From assembly GCF_009914755.1 (NCBI RefSeq), contig NC_060931.1: a DNA stretch of 64,000 bases; one strand, written 5' to 3'. The translations under genes and the position numbers were made by a program. Position 1 is the first letter of the stretch. Every line of letters starts with the position of its first letter. Below the pieces are notes generated by a model that was not told where the DNA came from, did not search any database, and saw nothing but the letters and a program-made list of their open reading frames with translations. Source of the DNA: the human T2T-CHM13v2.0 reference genome, Homo sapiens. Shown in pieces: positions 14,296-28,367 of the stretch.

Positions 14296-16205
14296 ATGAT
14301 TCCAGGCATTTGGAGAATTAGGAAAAATAATCACTTAAAAAAAAAACTATTTAGTGCCAAGCTTCCTAAAACATCTTTAAAATGTCCAATATCCATGAAT
14401 CATAGGGTATTATCCATTTTATTTGAAAACCATGGAACTCTACTACTAGAACTTCATTCTAGGTTGTTTAAAACAAAGTACAATGCAAAACTGTCTTCTT
14501 TCATAAGAACCATTTTCTAGATGGGCATAGATTCTTTGAGGGAATTCTTATCATGCAGATATTTTACTTCAAAATCTAAACTTGTACCACTTTACTGGAA
14601 TGAAATATTAACGCTATTAATTTAAACATCATAACATTTTTTAAAAATAAGGTGTTAAAATAATATTTATTCATCAATCCTATACCACTACAATATTTTA
14701 GATCAGTGATTTAATATCTGAAAAAATTTATCACATACTATGCATACCACTGATCAGCAGAGGCTGAAATTTTACTGTAACTTCAGTCCAAAGATACAGG
14801 TTTTAATTTGAGTTCTCCATAATTCACAGAAATATTTAAGGGTAAATATAAGTCTTAATTAAAATCCCTATTCTCCCAGCATGTGCTAAACCCACCCTGC
14901 TCCACATGCAGACCCTTGGCCCCAAACAATCCCGAGAGGATGTTGGCTCAGAGCAGCAAGGAGCTGACAGATGGGGCATTCGGTAAAGGAGTGGTGCTGG
15001 GTTTTTTCATTTTTGTTAGAGACGAAAGCTGTGGGAAAAACATTCTCCACTTAATCTATTTTATTTTCAGCAAGGTTTTACCTGTAAATATTAATTTATA
15101 CACCAGCAAAACTCACTAGATGCCTGGGCTACATGAATATAAATGAAATAAAGCTATCCAAACTAAAAAATGAAATTTCCTGTATCTTCCTTTCTCAGGC
15201 AGAGGAAAAATATCCAAGGATTTAAAATTCTATCCAGTGGTTTCAAAGGCAACAAAAGATCTCACATTGAGCTCTCATTTAAATAGGTGGGGTTAACCAG
15301 GGTAGAAATTACAAGTTAAAGTGCTGCAGCATAAAGAAGAAAAATAATCATTTATGCCATTTTCAATACAGAATTTATTTCCAAATCAAAACCCTTTACA
15401 CTTGGAATATTGTCAAATCTCAAATTTTTACCTTGCTGAGATCTACGACCACCTTTTGAAACTGAGACAGTGTAGGTATGATTACTCCCTGTATACTCAA
15501 GGGTTAGGAAAATGGAAAAGAACCGTGAGCCCCTCAAGAATGGTGGCTTTTCTTATTGGAATGAAGTAAATAAAATAAATTCATTGACAATGCATTTAAT
15601 TTCTTTCTTAGCAATTAATTGTGTATCTACATTGAATGATAACCGTGTAAACAGTCAAGATATGCATGTGGCAAATGAAAAATAAAGCAAAATGTTTTAT
15701 CCTGAGTTACATGGATTCCCAGAGTGCAACGGATGGGGAAAGGGTTGGGGGGAGGGATTCTCCTAGGTTTGATAACACTTTCCTTAAATTCAACAGCAAT
15801 TCACCCCTGTTTAGCTGTTCTACAATGCTGATTAAGAGGGTACAGCATTGTGCCCTCTGGGTGCTCTGTGCTCACTGGCTTGGGTTTTTACTGGGACCCC
15901 CAGTTTTGTGTCCAATGGAAGTTGGGAACACAGCACTCCAACCTTCCCCATTTTTAATCCTCCTAGAGACTCCTAAAATAATCCTTTGAAGTTTTGTCAT
16001 AGCAGAGAGATGCTGTGAGAGGGAAAGAGGTTTCCACATACTTCCACCCCCACATAGCTGAACATGAGCTGGCATCAGGTAAAAGTTCACAGGATTCCCA
16101 GTCTTGGAAGACTCTTCCTCCTCTCCCGGCCTCTCAGTTTGCACACTCCTATCCATTCCTTTAAGCCCAGCCCAGCCCAATCCCATATTACTGCATGAAG
16201 CCTTG

Positions 16206-16568
16206 TGCTATAGAATGAATGTGTATCCCCCACCAGAATTCATGTTGAAATCCTAACCCTCATTGTGATGGTATTTAAAGATGGCATCTTTAAGAGGTAA
16301 TTAACTCATAAGCGTGGAGCCCTTGTAAGCGCCCTTACAAGGAGAGACAGGAGAGAGCTTTTCTTATCTCTTTCAGCACCATGTGAGGATGCAACAAGGA
16401 GACAGCATCTATAAACCAGGGAGAGGGCCTTCACCAAGAACCCACCAAGCTGGTACCCTGATCTCAGAATTCCAGCTTCCAGAAATGTGAGGGGAAAAAA
16501 AGGCTATTGTTTAAGCCACCCAGTCTAAGGTATTCTGTTGCAGCAGCCTATAACAGAGCTGATTGAGA
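16206..16568 (+). mobile_element. MLT1A-type MaLR LTR
   Basis: TGCTATAGAATGAATGTG...TTCATGTTGAAATCCTAACCC...TTTAAGCCACCCAGTCT...GGTATTCTGTTGCAGCAGCC. Confidence 0.85.
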
Positions 16569-17854
16569 AACCTTGGCTGATAACTGCAGCTTCCTTGGAT
16601 GAAGTCAGCCTCTCTTTTAAACCCCAGGACCACACTGTAGCCCTTTTTACACGGTTTTATATTGCTCGTGGTTATTTTACAGGATTTTGGTCATTTCCCC
16701 TCAACTACAGTACAAGTAACATTGATGGCTTAGAGTCTTCTTTTCTTTCATATTATCCACTACAATGTCGAACATGCGGCATATACCTATGGGATGCTGC
16801 ATAGACCTGTTGGTGGGTTGATTGAATATCACCTGCCTACCTGTATTACTAAGTTACAGAAGGAGAATAGGTGGGTTAAATGCTAGCATCTCTTACACTA
16901 TTCTACTTCTCTTGATGGGGGAAAAAAAAAAGATTTAGCACTTACTGGGTTTAGAAGCTATACCAGGCACTGTTCAGCACTGCCTCACAATGCTAGGATA
17001 GGACTAGACCACATTAAACTCTGCACTGATTTCTTTCCCTGTGAAGTCCTTTTACATTTGAGCAAATTATCCATATTTGATTGAAATGAGAATTTACTAG
17101 GGCATAATTGATATGTTTGACTGAATTAGTCACATTTTAAACAGGTGGCACAAGATAGGTCATAGTGTGAATCAGAATACATTTAGTTCCACTGTTTTTC
17201 TGATTGTCCTAAAATGAATGTGACTTCTAGAACAAGTACTTCTGAAGCCTTTTAGTGCTTTCATTTCTGACATTTGTATCAGAGATGATAGGAATTAGTG
17301 TCATGTCAGCCATCTCTGGCAGAAAAAAAAATTATTCCCTCAACAAAAGGTAACATTCTTCATCTGGTGCAGGCCTGTGTTTCTGTCCTTACCACACATG
17401 GAAAAGAAAGGGAATTCCAACCCAAAGGACAGGCTTGAGGGCTGCCACCCACCCCTGGGGTTATTCAGCTGTTCATGCTCAACCACAACTCCACCATCAA
17501 ACCTGTGGCCTCTGTAAGCCAGAATTGGTGATTTTTTTCTTTTTCTTTTTTTTTTTAAACAATTGAATCCTAAGGGTATTTTTCTTTTGGCGCTGAAACG
17601 ATATTAAAATTTACTGCAACTTTATTTAAAAAAATAGAAAACTAATGTTTCTCTGGGTCTTCCATTTTTTGAATAAAACTGACTCTTACCACCCAACACA
17701 TGGATTTGGAAGGATAGCAGTACACCACCTTCTTAGCTCACTTGGCTGGAACATGAGCTGATGAAGTCCTAGTCTCAAGTTTGGCCTTCAAGAAAACTAG
17801 ATAGGCTTGCCCTATGCCAGAGCCAATCTAGACCTGCCATCAGTTCTGTTTCTT

Positions 17855-17855
17855 C

Positions 17856-17929
<74 letters not shown>

Positions 17930-18223
17930 GGTCTCACTCTGTTTCCCAGGCTGGAGTGCAGTGGCATGATCATGGCTCACTGTAGCCTCAACCACCCAGG
18001 CCCAAGTAATCCTCCCACCTCAGCCTCCAGAGTAGCTGGAACTACAAGGGCATGCTACCACACCCAGCTAATTCTTGTATTTTTTATAGATACAGGATCT
18101 TGTCATGTTGCTCAGGCTGGTCTCAGATGCCCAAGCTGGTCTTGAACTCCTGGGCTCAAGTAATCCATCCACCTTGGCCTCCCACAGTGCTGAGATTACA
18201 AGTGTGTGCAACCACACCTGGCC
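17855..18223 (-). mobile_element. AluJ whose tail position holds a compound (TG)n(AG)n(ACAG)n microsatellite
   Basis: 17-bp TSD CATCAGTTCTGTTTCTT at 17838-17854 and 18224-18240 brackets both the microsatellite and the Alu body. Confidence 0.93.
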
Positions 18224-18508
18224 CATCAGTTCTGTTTCTTGACCAATGACTATACCTTTAATGCTAATCTGCCTTTGTTCACAAAATAGGGCAAGTCAGT
18301 CTGAATGGCTGAGAAACTGGAGGAGAGGTACCACTCAAAATGAATATCCTCTTAATAGCAGATGTAAATATCTTCCTCCTCATTATCATCATCATAACAA
18401 ACATTTATGGTGCCTCCTATGGAGCAGGGATTTTGCTTAGGACTCTGAACTATATCTTACTTGTCTTCATTAAAAACCTTATGAAAAAGGTACTATTATT
18501 AACTGGGG

Positions 18509-18803
<295 letters not shown>

Positions 18804-20269
18804 TGGGTTGTTTAACAGATAAGAAAGCTTAAGAATTAGAGAGATAAATTATCTTGCTTAAGGTAACACAGTTAACAAGCATTAGGTCAAAGTTTGAACT
18901 CGGGCAGTCTGACTACAGAGCCCAACCTATTTCATATAATTCATATTAATCTATTTTACTCACGAGTATCAGCACCACTAGATAAATACGTTAAAATAAT
19001 CTATAATTTGAACAGACATCTCCTAATAACAAACATAATATCTATAAGTCGCAAATATCTAAGAAATTTACATCAGTATGACATGGTATTTGTTCTAGAA
19101 ATAATATAAGTTCAAACACTCTGAGATGAGACGATAAATCACTCTGAAAACTAACAAATAAAATTGCCACAACATAAAGAAATAGTACAAGCACTAGTCA
19201 AAGCTAGAGGTCACTCTCAATCCATGTGAGAGGAAGCAAGAGTAAGACACTAGAGCAAGAATAAGTCACCATCCACATGTCCCAAAGAAGCCTCAGTGGC
19301 ACTGCAGGAGATACAGAGACAGATCCATGGTGTCCCTGAAGCTGGGACTAAGCCAGGGCTGTATTACACCAAGGAAACCAGCCTCCCTAATCCCAGAGGG
19401 AGCCTTGAAGCGTCTTAGAGGGAGACTAATGGCCAACATTGAGAACACATGTCTATTAGCTTGCTGAGCCTAATGAAGTAATACAGCAGAGACTGACCTC
19501 ATTCTAGAAACAGATAACAGTGGCTGTGCACAATGCTATGCCTAGACCCCTACACCTTGCCAGCCTGGTGTTCCTTATGTATTCAAGATACATAAAGATT
19601 AGATGTGTAGACGCAGGTTGTGAGGACAGTGTTTGGGGATAGGAAAAGCCCCCAATTACAGCTAAAAGAGATGTCTCTTTTGCCAGAAAGTGTGTTATAT
19701 CAATTAAATGGGTAAATAAGCCCTTTTCCCACTGTGGGGAAGCAAGGGCCTCTTGTGACCCTCTATTGATTAAGACTGCTGTGGAATGTTATTTGCAATC
19801 TCATTGCATAATGGAAATCAGGAGGTAGCTGTCATGGTTTCTGAAGACAAATTGCTGGTAGCTGAGACAAATCATAGCCTCTTTCATCTTTTACTGTTCT
19901 CAATTCCCAATTAATGTATATCTTACAATCTAAGTTTCTTAAATCAGTCTGCTCTACTGTCTCAGGTAGTAAAAATGTGTAAAATGGTAATCTGCCTGAC
20001 CCTACTTTAAGAAATTGTGTTTAAGTGACCATTGCACTGATCATTATTCATGAGCTATGCATTACTTAATAAGGAACACAACTCAAAAATGAACACAATT
20101 AAAAATAAATCCACACAACAGCTGCTGTGATTATGACCAATATGAACAGAAATCCAACCAGGTGTGTGTCAAAAGAAAAAAGCTGCTGCCAGACAGAACA
20201 CTGTTAAATCTCATTTTTGTTTTGCACACTTTGACTTGCTAAGTCAGCCAGCAAGCAATTTGTATGGAG

Positions 20270-20464
20270 CAGTGCTTCCAAAGTGTGATGTGCAAAAGAG
20301 CAGCATCAGCATCACCTGGGAACCATTAGAAATGGCAGTTCTCAGACCCCACCCCGGGCCTCCCCGGACCCACTGAATCAGAAACTCTGCAGGTGGGCTC
20401 AGGAACGCGTGTTTCAACAAGCACTCTGGGTGATTTCTCGCATGCTACAGTGTGATAACCATTG
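20270..20464. mobile_element. MER5A (hAT-Charlie MITE)
   Basis: CAGTG...CAGCATCAGCATCACCTGGGAA...TTAGAAATG...CTGAATCAGAAACTCTG...AACCATTG; ~190 bp with terminal inverted repeats. Confidence 0.85.
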
Positions 20465-21324
20465 GACTGAGCACAGGACAGCCTTCAGATTTTAAGTCTT
20501 CCTAGGAAGGCATTACCTTTGGTTGCAAACAGCTATGAGAAGAGCCCAGGAAGACACCTGTGTTAAAACCGCTGCAGTCTTCAATTGTGCTGTGAACCTA
20601 AAACTGCTCTGAAGTGAAGTCCATAAAATTTAAAAACCTGCAGTCTCTAGGGTGAATGGGTAGAAAGAGCACAGTACTTTCCTTATGCAGATTTATTTAC
20701 ATAGACCCTGACTTATTCTAGAAAGGTTTTCAGACAATTTTGTAAACCAAAATATATAACATCCAGTCACAAACCATTCTTATGGAAAGACTTCTCACTA
20801 CTTTTCAAACAACCTCATTATTTAAAACACCCCAAACATAGGCATTTATCACTAAAAGCACGCTCTTAAGATGTCTTCGGTATTCACTTCAGGATTTCAG
20901 GCCATTTAAGGCTAGGGGAAAGAAAAGAAATTTAAATTCACCAAGTTTAAAATGTGCTCCGCCCAAGAGTCATGGTGCTCCCTGAACTGTCTGAGCATAT
21001 GACCACCATGCTGATTCTAAGTTATTGCATGTTTCGAAGAGACATGACTTGGAATGTTGTGTCCTGTGACCCTGTCTTACAGCAAGATGCTTTCAGCAAT
21101 TCACTCATCTGGCCCCTTTGTTGGTCCAAGAAAGGGCCCTACACCACCAAAATTCATTCTAGAGCTAATAGTATTCGGATGAGGCTCTAGCATTGTTTCA
21201 ACTGTTTTTCAAAAAACAAATTTGAAGAGCAAAGGGAAGTAACTTGTTTATCAGAGATTTGTAAAATAAAGTATGGTCCATCCATATGATTAAAAACCAA
21301 GCAATTATTAAAAAAATAAAGTCC

Positions 21325-21497
21325 TGCAGTTCTCATTCTTGACCAAACATCAGAATCACCTGGTGATCTTTTAAAACATACCAATGCAGGGCTCTACACC
21401 AACCAATTTAACTGGTCCTGGCTAGGGTTTGGGCATCCATAATTTTTAAAAGCTATGCTGGCAATGCTAACATGCAGCCAGGATCAAGAATTACTGC
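21325..21497. mobile_element. MER5B-like MITE
   Basis: CAGTTCTCA...ATCAGAATCACCTGG...ATGCAGCCAGGATCAAGAATTACTG. Confidence 0.7.
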
Positions 21498-21689
21498 AGT
21501 ACATCTGTATTAACCAACATGGAAAATTTTCCCAAACATATTAAGTGAAAAAGAAAGTCATAAATCACATATCTGTTAATAAAATCATGTGTGCATGTGT
21601 TATTAACGGATTTATGCATTTGGAAGTGGACTTTCCTTTCATACTATGTATTGCTTAAACCTTCCAAAATGAGAATGTGTTCATATATT

Positions 21690-21875
21690 TTGCTTATTTT
21701 ACTTTATTTTTGATTGACAATTTATATGTATTTATGGGGCATAATGTGATGGTTTATGTTTACAATATGGGGTGATTAAATTGGCTAATTAACAAATCCA
21801 TCATCTCACATTTTTTTTGGTGTATGGTGAAAACATTTAAGATCTACTCTTTCAACAATTTTGAAATATACACGC
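21690..21875 (-). mobile_element. L1MA 3'-end fragment
   Basis: GTATTTATGGGGCATAATGTGATG...TAATTAACA...GGTGAAAACATTTAAGATCTACTCTTTCAACAATTTTGAAATATA. Confidence 0.7.
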
Positions 21876-21987
21876 AATTTCTTAATGTTAAAAATACATT
21901 TAAATGGAAATTTGTAGGAAAAAGAGAAAGCACATGAAAATAGCAACTCTCAAAATATAATCATGTTTCCTTCTTTCTCCGCTTCTC

Positions 21988-22365
21988 CCTATTAGTCTGC
22001 TTTCACACTGCTATAAGGAACTGCCAGATACTGGGTAATTTATAAACGAAAGAGGTTTAATTGACTCACAGTTCAGCATGGCTGGGGAGGCCTCAGGAAA
22101 CTCATAATTATGGCAGAAGGCAAAGGAGAAGCAAGAAACCTTCTTCACAAGGTGGCAGGAAGGAGCGTGCCAAACAAAGTGGGAAGAGCCCCTTATAAAA
22201 CCATCAGATCTCATGAGAACTCACTCACTATCACGAGAACAGCATGGAGAAAACCACCCCCATGATTCAATTACCTCCACCTGGTCTCTCCTTTGACCTT
22301 TGGGGATTATAGGGATTACATTTCAAGATGAGATTTGGGTGGGGACACAAAGCCTAAACATATTG
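21988..22365 (-). mobile_element. THE1C/D-type MaLR solo LTR
   Basis: High similarity to the LTR at 108-467 (AGAGGTTTAATTGACTCACAGTTC; GATGAGATTTGGG). Confidence 0.92.
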
Positions 22366-22484
22366 CCCTCCTTTTTCTAAAGGAGTATACAAGAAAAATA
22401 AACAAAATTATACTTCTTTCCTATCTATTCAACACATATTTCCAACATTGAGATTGGGATGAGGGAGAGAGTAGAGAGATATGA

Positions 22485-22830
22485 TTTATTCATTCATTCA
22501 TTATTTCTCTGACAGGCCCATGCTAGGTGCTAGGAATACAGCAACAAACTAGATAGACATGCCCCTGCCCACATGGTGCTTACAGTCTAGTGGGGGATGC
22601 AGACAAGTAGGTAAACAACTACAACCCAGTGAGAGAGACATTAAGGAGAGGAAGCACAAGCTGCTTGTTACTTGTAACAAAGAGACAATCTAGTCAAGGA
22701 AAGTGAGAAAAGGATCCCCAAAGTGGAAGTGGACCTTCATCCTGGGTAAAACCCTAGCCATTAAAGAGTTTTAAGAAGGGGAAAGAGATTACCAAGTCTC
22801 CATTTTGAAAGATCTCTGTAGCTGGGAGTT
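22485..22830 (-). mobile_element. L2 3' fragment
   Basis: TTATTCATTCATTCA...GCTAGGTGCTAGGAATACAGC...CCCTGCCC...GCTTACAGTCTAGTGGGG. Confidence 0.7.
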
Positions 22831-23967
22831 TAAGTGCTACTTACCAGTCCTCTCTCACCTAAGGAGAGTGAGCTCTTTTCAAAGTTAAATGAAACCCTGC
22901 TACAGTACCAAAGAGTTGACTGAAGAAGTCCATCTCCCAATATTCCATTATCTATTGCCATCAAATGAGATTGAACATGAAATTTACCTCCTACTGAGTT
23001 TACTGACTGCACTCATTTATGAGTTCATCTCTAGATGAGCCCGGATATGGCAGATTTACCTTTTCAAAGTTTTGAAGCTAATAAAACCCATTGTATGCAA
23101 TAAATAACTCAAAAAAATGCTTGGCTTTATAGAAGTGGTTGCTACAATTGGTGGAGTCTCTTGGAAGAAAATATATCTTCATAAACATAGCAGGGTAGGC
23201 GAAGACTGCCAGGGAAACAAGCTGCTTCTCAGTATTTCATTGACTTCACATGAAGATCAATTTTAGCCATTTATAATCAGCACACTTCCACATAGGGTGA
23301 AATTATCTAGCCCACCCACAAATGGATTTCTATTTAAAAGTCTCATTTGATTGCTTTGGGAAGGATACACTACAGACTATCTAACCCCTATCCTTCAAGG
23401 GTAGAAAATTAACAATCCAGGTAAAGTTAACTAGAAAAACAAAAGAGAGAGGAATTATATTTGACAGTGTCCTCTTACAACCCAGTGCATCTTTGTGGAC
23501 ATTAATGTGAGTTACCTCCAGCATCAATGTGCTATTTTTAACTTAGAATATTCAATCTTTGCTCAAAGTAAGACATATGATTAGTGTTTGGAGTAATCAA
23601 TTTGCTTTAATTTAAAGGAGAGCAGAGGAAATGTTCTAGAAAGGAGAAAAAATTTGAGCTCTTTATAAAACACAAATTTATGGGCTTCTCAAACATTTCC
23701 AAAGACCCTCTCCTTTTTAAATTCTTTCAAAACTACACAATCTCTTATGGGGAGCTGGACCCCTCTTTTCACTGGGTTGTCTGCAGTACAAAAGCCCCTG
23801 AGGTGTCGTTTATACCTCTGTATAGGATGGAGCTGTTCTGGGTCTGCTATTCTACCGTTACATGTCACATTATCCTAATTGATACTTCTGTTATCTAAAG
23901 CCATTAGCATGTTATATGAGTGAAGCAATCACCTAGGTCTGCTCTGCCCCATGTTAGCTGATATACG

Positions 23968-23978
23968 ATGTGTGTGTG

Positions 23979-24013
<35 letters not shown>
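23968..24013. repeat. (TG)n microsatellite
   Basis: About 22 TG units with one CA interruption. Confidence 0.97.
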
Positions 24014-24015
<2 letters not shown>

Positions 24016-26559
24016 GGGTACACTAGTGCATCTAAAAAGTTCAGATCATTAAATTCTTGTTCTGTAACTCTCAAATTTGTTTCCACTCCCAACACACCTG
24101 AGGGATATGAGACACTCATCTCAATAAAAATAGTTCCCAGAGAGGGGCTTGGGAGGCACACATCATTCACTGGATCCTGCCATTCGAAAAGCCTCCCAGG
24201 TAGTTTTAATAATGCAGCCCACACCCCTTGTGGGTGAGGCAACAGCAGTATGAACCCCACCGTACACTCGAGGTTGAGTATCACTAATCTAGTAAAGCAT
24301 TCAGTATCCTATGGATCTACGCCACATGGCATCTTCTGTTCCCAGGTTGTGTCCAGCTCCAGGCCCTTATTCAACCCTCTTCTAAAGTTAAAGAGGCCCA
24401 TTTTTTTCATTTGCTTCTGAGCTTGGATAAGAAAAGAAACAAAGATAGGATGACACCACTTCCCTCTAGGTCAGATGAGCAGGGCCACCTGTATTCCAGC
24501 AGAGGAGGTGGCTATCCACTAAGTGCAGTCTCTGTTGGGGCTAAATGAACCTCCCCAACTGATGCCAGCATCTCCTTTGCAAAGACAAATCCCATTTAAT
24601 TCCACAATTAGTGATCCTGAAGGAAATAAAATGCTCCTCTGACTTAAACACAGACATACTAACATAGAGATAGCTGACAACACCTAGATCCCTTGCATCA
24701 GGTTTTGATTAGGAGAACACTTAGGAATACAAGGACTGGAGAGGCTGACACAGGAGGAGCAAGACTGAAGAAAGTGGTAAATGGGGCTGCATGGAAGATG
24801 TTGTCTCCTTCACATTTTAGTTCAGGAAGATACTGCAGGTAAAATACATGGCCTTCCTAAAGTTGTCCAAAAAAAGGAAACTGAGACATTTAGGGATCAC
24901 TTCCAAATTTGGCCCAAATATTTTCCATAAAATTTTAAACACATCGCAATCACATTCTTAAAACCCCAATTTATGTTTATTGTTGAGTAGGACAGTGAGT
25001 AAGTTCATGAATTAAGACCCTGTTTGTATTCCTTATGATCAAGGTTCATTGCATATCTTCAGTGGAGATGCTCTACCTTCTTTAACTCCATTATCTGGGA
25101 ATAACTAGCAATACATTAATTTCTGGGCATATTTTTAGATTCTGTGGGTCTTTTGCTACCCTGAAAGGGCCTAAGCTTGAGAAAACTGTCCTAAAACTTA
25201 CTTTTACTCAAGTCATAACCTTTGGAAAATTAGTATTTAAGAAAAGTATTATTTTTCAAAAAGGAGCTATATGCCAATCTCCAATGCATTAACTGCTAAT
25301 CATTCCTCTGATAACTATTCTAATATTTCATGTCCATCCTAGCATATATGTATAAACAGAAGTCATCCATACATAGAGTAGACAATTTTCTATCCCAATT
25401 GCTTTATAATTAATACTACAAATGGAGTGCTTCCTGAAAGTCACATAAAAATCAAACTAAAGTAGCATAAGTTGCTATTATCTAATTCACATTCTTATGG
25501 TTCCAGAATCACCTGTAAGATGGACTAGGCACTGACATCTCACTGACGGACTTTTGAATTACAGACGATTTTCAAGTCCAATAACTTGGTTAATAACTAG
25601 ATTTGCTTCTGTAGGTTAAACGCGCACTCTGGACCAGTGAACCGATCATGTTAGTCATGACATCTACCATAACAGCACCCCCTCCTGGCGATAAGTGACC
25701 CACCCACTCCCTGCACTTCAGTTAAGGGTAGCAAGAGCTGCCCTTTCATGTGTTGGTGGGTGTCTCAAGAGATGGCCTGGGGCATTGGACTCTGCCCAGA
25801 GAGTCAGTAGTAACCCTCTCACCCAGTCAGATGGGGTCCCTCCAGAATTACCCAAGAAATTAAGAGAACTAACCAGTCAGTGAGGGAAGAATAGAGAAGA
25901 GAGAAGCCAGATCCCCGCTGCATAAAAACAAAACACCCTCTTGCCTTCAGGTGGCCTGGAGTTTCCTTCAATAGCCCAAAAAACCAAAGGACATGACCAG
26001 GTCCTGATGGAAGCCTTCCTGCATTTTCTCATTAAATATACCCAACAATCTAACACAATCTTATTATTCCCATTTTGCAGATTGGCTGATTCTATGGCAA
26101 AAAAAAAAAAAAATGCAAACAAGCTTGGAAAACCTCATATGAATACCTTATCTCCTCCACCACACTCCTCAAATCTTTGCCCACTTTTGGCTGGGCACCA
26201 GGCTACAGGAAACAGCCAGGATTCACAGGAATTACAATGGTATTGACAGGAACCCGAATTGGTTTATAAGGAGAGGGAAACCAAAAGGAGAAGATTCTTA
26301 GGAAACTTTTCCTCTCCTCTAAAAGTGATGTTTTTGAACCACAGTTGCTAAGTTAAAAATAGAAAAGAGATGCCTTGGAGCAGGTGAGGAGGGAGTTCAA
26401 ATCAGAGAGAAGAGTTACAGAAATGTCTGAGCTGGACACCAACCCAGAGCAGAAAATGCCATATGGCACAGAACCGGGGTAGCTGGGAGGAATACTAGAT
26501 CCCAAGATGTGGGAGGAAGCCTGGAGAATTCTGGTTCCACATCTTCCCTCTAAGCAAGG

Positions 26560-27000
26560 AGTCCCTCTTACTAAGAGAAATGGTTAACAACTGCCTAGTT
26601 TCCCTTGAAGGTTTCCAGAAATGGAGAACTAGAGCAACTCTGGCTACATGTTTTAATTGTGTCCTTCTCACTGTCAAGAGGCGCTTCTTAATGTCCTGCT
26701 CAAATGTCTCCAGCACACCCTGAAGCCTGTTTGTGCCTCTTCAGTACTCCTTAGACGCAGAGAGCTTCTGCTTAGCATCCTCCTTATTTGAGAAAATTTC
26801 ATCTATCTGAAAATAGCCATTAAGTTGCCTCATACCATTTTCTCTTCTAAACTAGGGAAATCCATACAGAGGCTGCACAGCCACTCAAGGGGGTGTTACA
26901 AAGAGGATTCCAGTGCCATGAGTGGGCCAGACTAGATGTGCCTCTGAGATATCTGCCAAGCCAGAAATCCTTTGATTCAATTCCTTTCATCTTTTGTGTG
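26560..27000 (-). mobile_element. L3/CR1 ORF2 3' remnant
   Basis: Minus strand reads TAGTTTAGAAGAGAAAA...ATGGCTATTTTCAGATA and TTGACAGTGAGAA...TCTCCATTTCTGGAAACCTTCAAG, CR1-like; highly decayed. Confidence 0.5.
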
Positions 27001-27001
27001 A

Positions 27002-27407
<406 letters not shown>

Positions 27408-28367
27408 AGGAACCATTTTTCACAATATAAAACAAAGGCTCATTAATTCAGATTAAGTTGAAAAATTCATGTCCCCCTGAGTAAGAAACCAGAGTGAAAG
27501 TATTTTCAATTAAACAAATTATGTCTATTACAAAAGACTACATATTGGTTATTAATAAATAAAATGAGAAAGTTAATGAAAATGGTGAGTTAACAATAAC
27601 TTTATTTTTACTGCACTTTATACTTTTCAAAGTATTTTTACATATATTATTCCATATTTCCAATTTTATTCAATATGTAAATGCAACATATGGGTAATAG
27701 ATCACCAAACCTAAATCAAAAAGTCTAATTTATCCTGCTAAATTTGAACTTTTAATGCAATAAGAATTATATATAATTATTCCAAGTCTGTATCAGAGCA
27801 GTCTGAATTAATAAGGTTCTGCTCTATTGTAGTTATAATAAGCCTGACAATTTTATGACCATCTCATCTCCCAGAGTGTCACTCCCATCTACACATTAGT
27901 AATAAATACTGTTTCTTCATGAACAAACTTTTGTCATAACAGAGCATCCCACCTTAAAGAAGTTTCACTCAGTAAATTAAATAGCTCAAATACCATAGAA
28001 ATGTTTTCCATGATAAATGCGCTGAGTTCATTATTCTCTTCAAAAATGCTTGTTTAATTTAAAATGAGCCTAACAAAGAGGTTATCCCAAGATGACAAGG
28101 ACCCAATATATCACAGAACTTTTCACCTTTCTCTTTGTTCAGGAAAAAAAAAAAAGAGTCAAAATTAATCCAGTTAATTGTAAGTAATGGAACTAAACCA
28201 ATACATGTAGAATGCCCCATATAGAATGTCCCATTTGAGGAACCTGGTAACACCAAAAGGGTCTATGAGCACCTTCACCATCTTCACTTTCTTCTTAAAC
28301 CTGCAGTAGGAGTCATAGCATTTCATTGTTCTTTCACAATGGTCAGAAAGACAATGCCTTTACCTAC

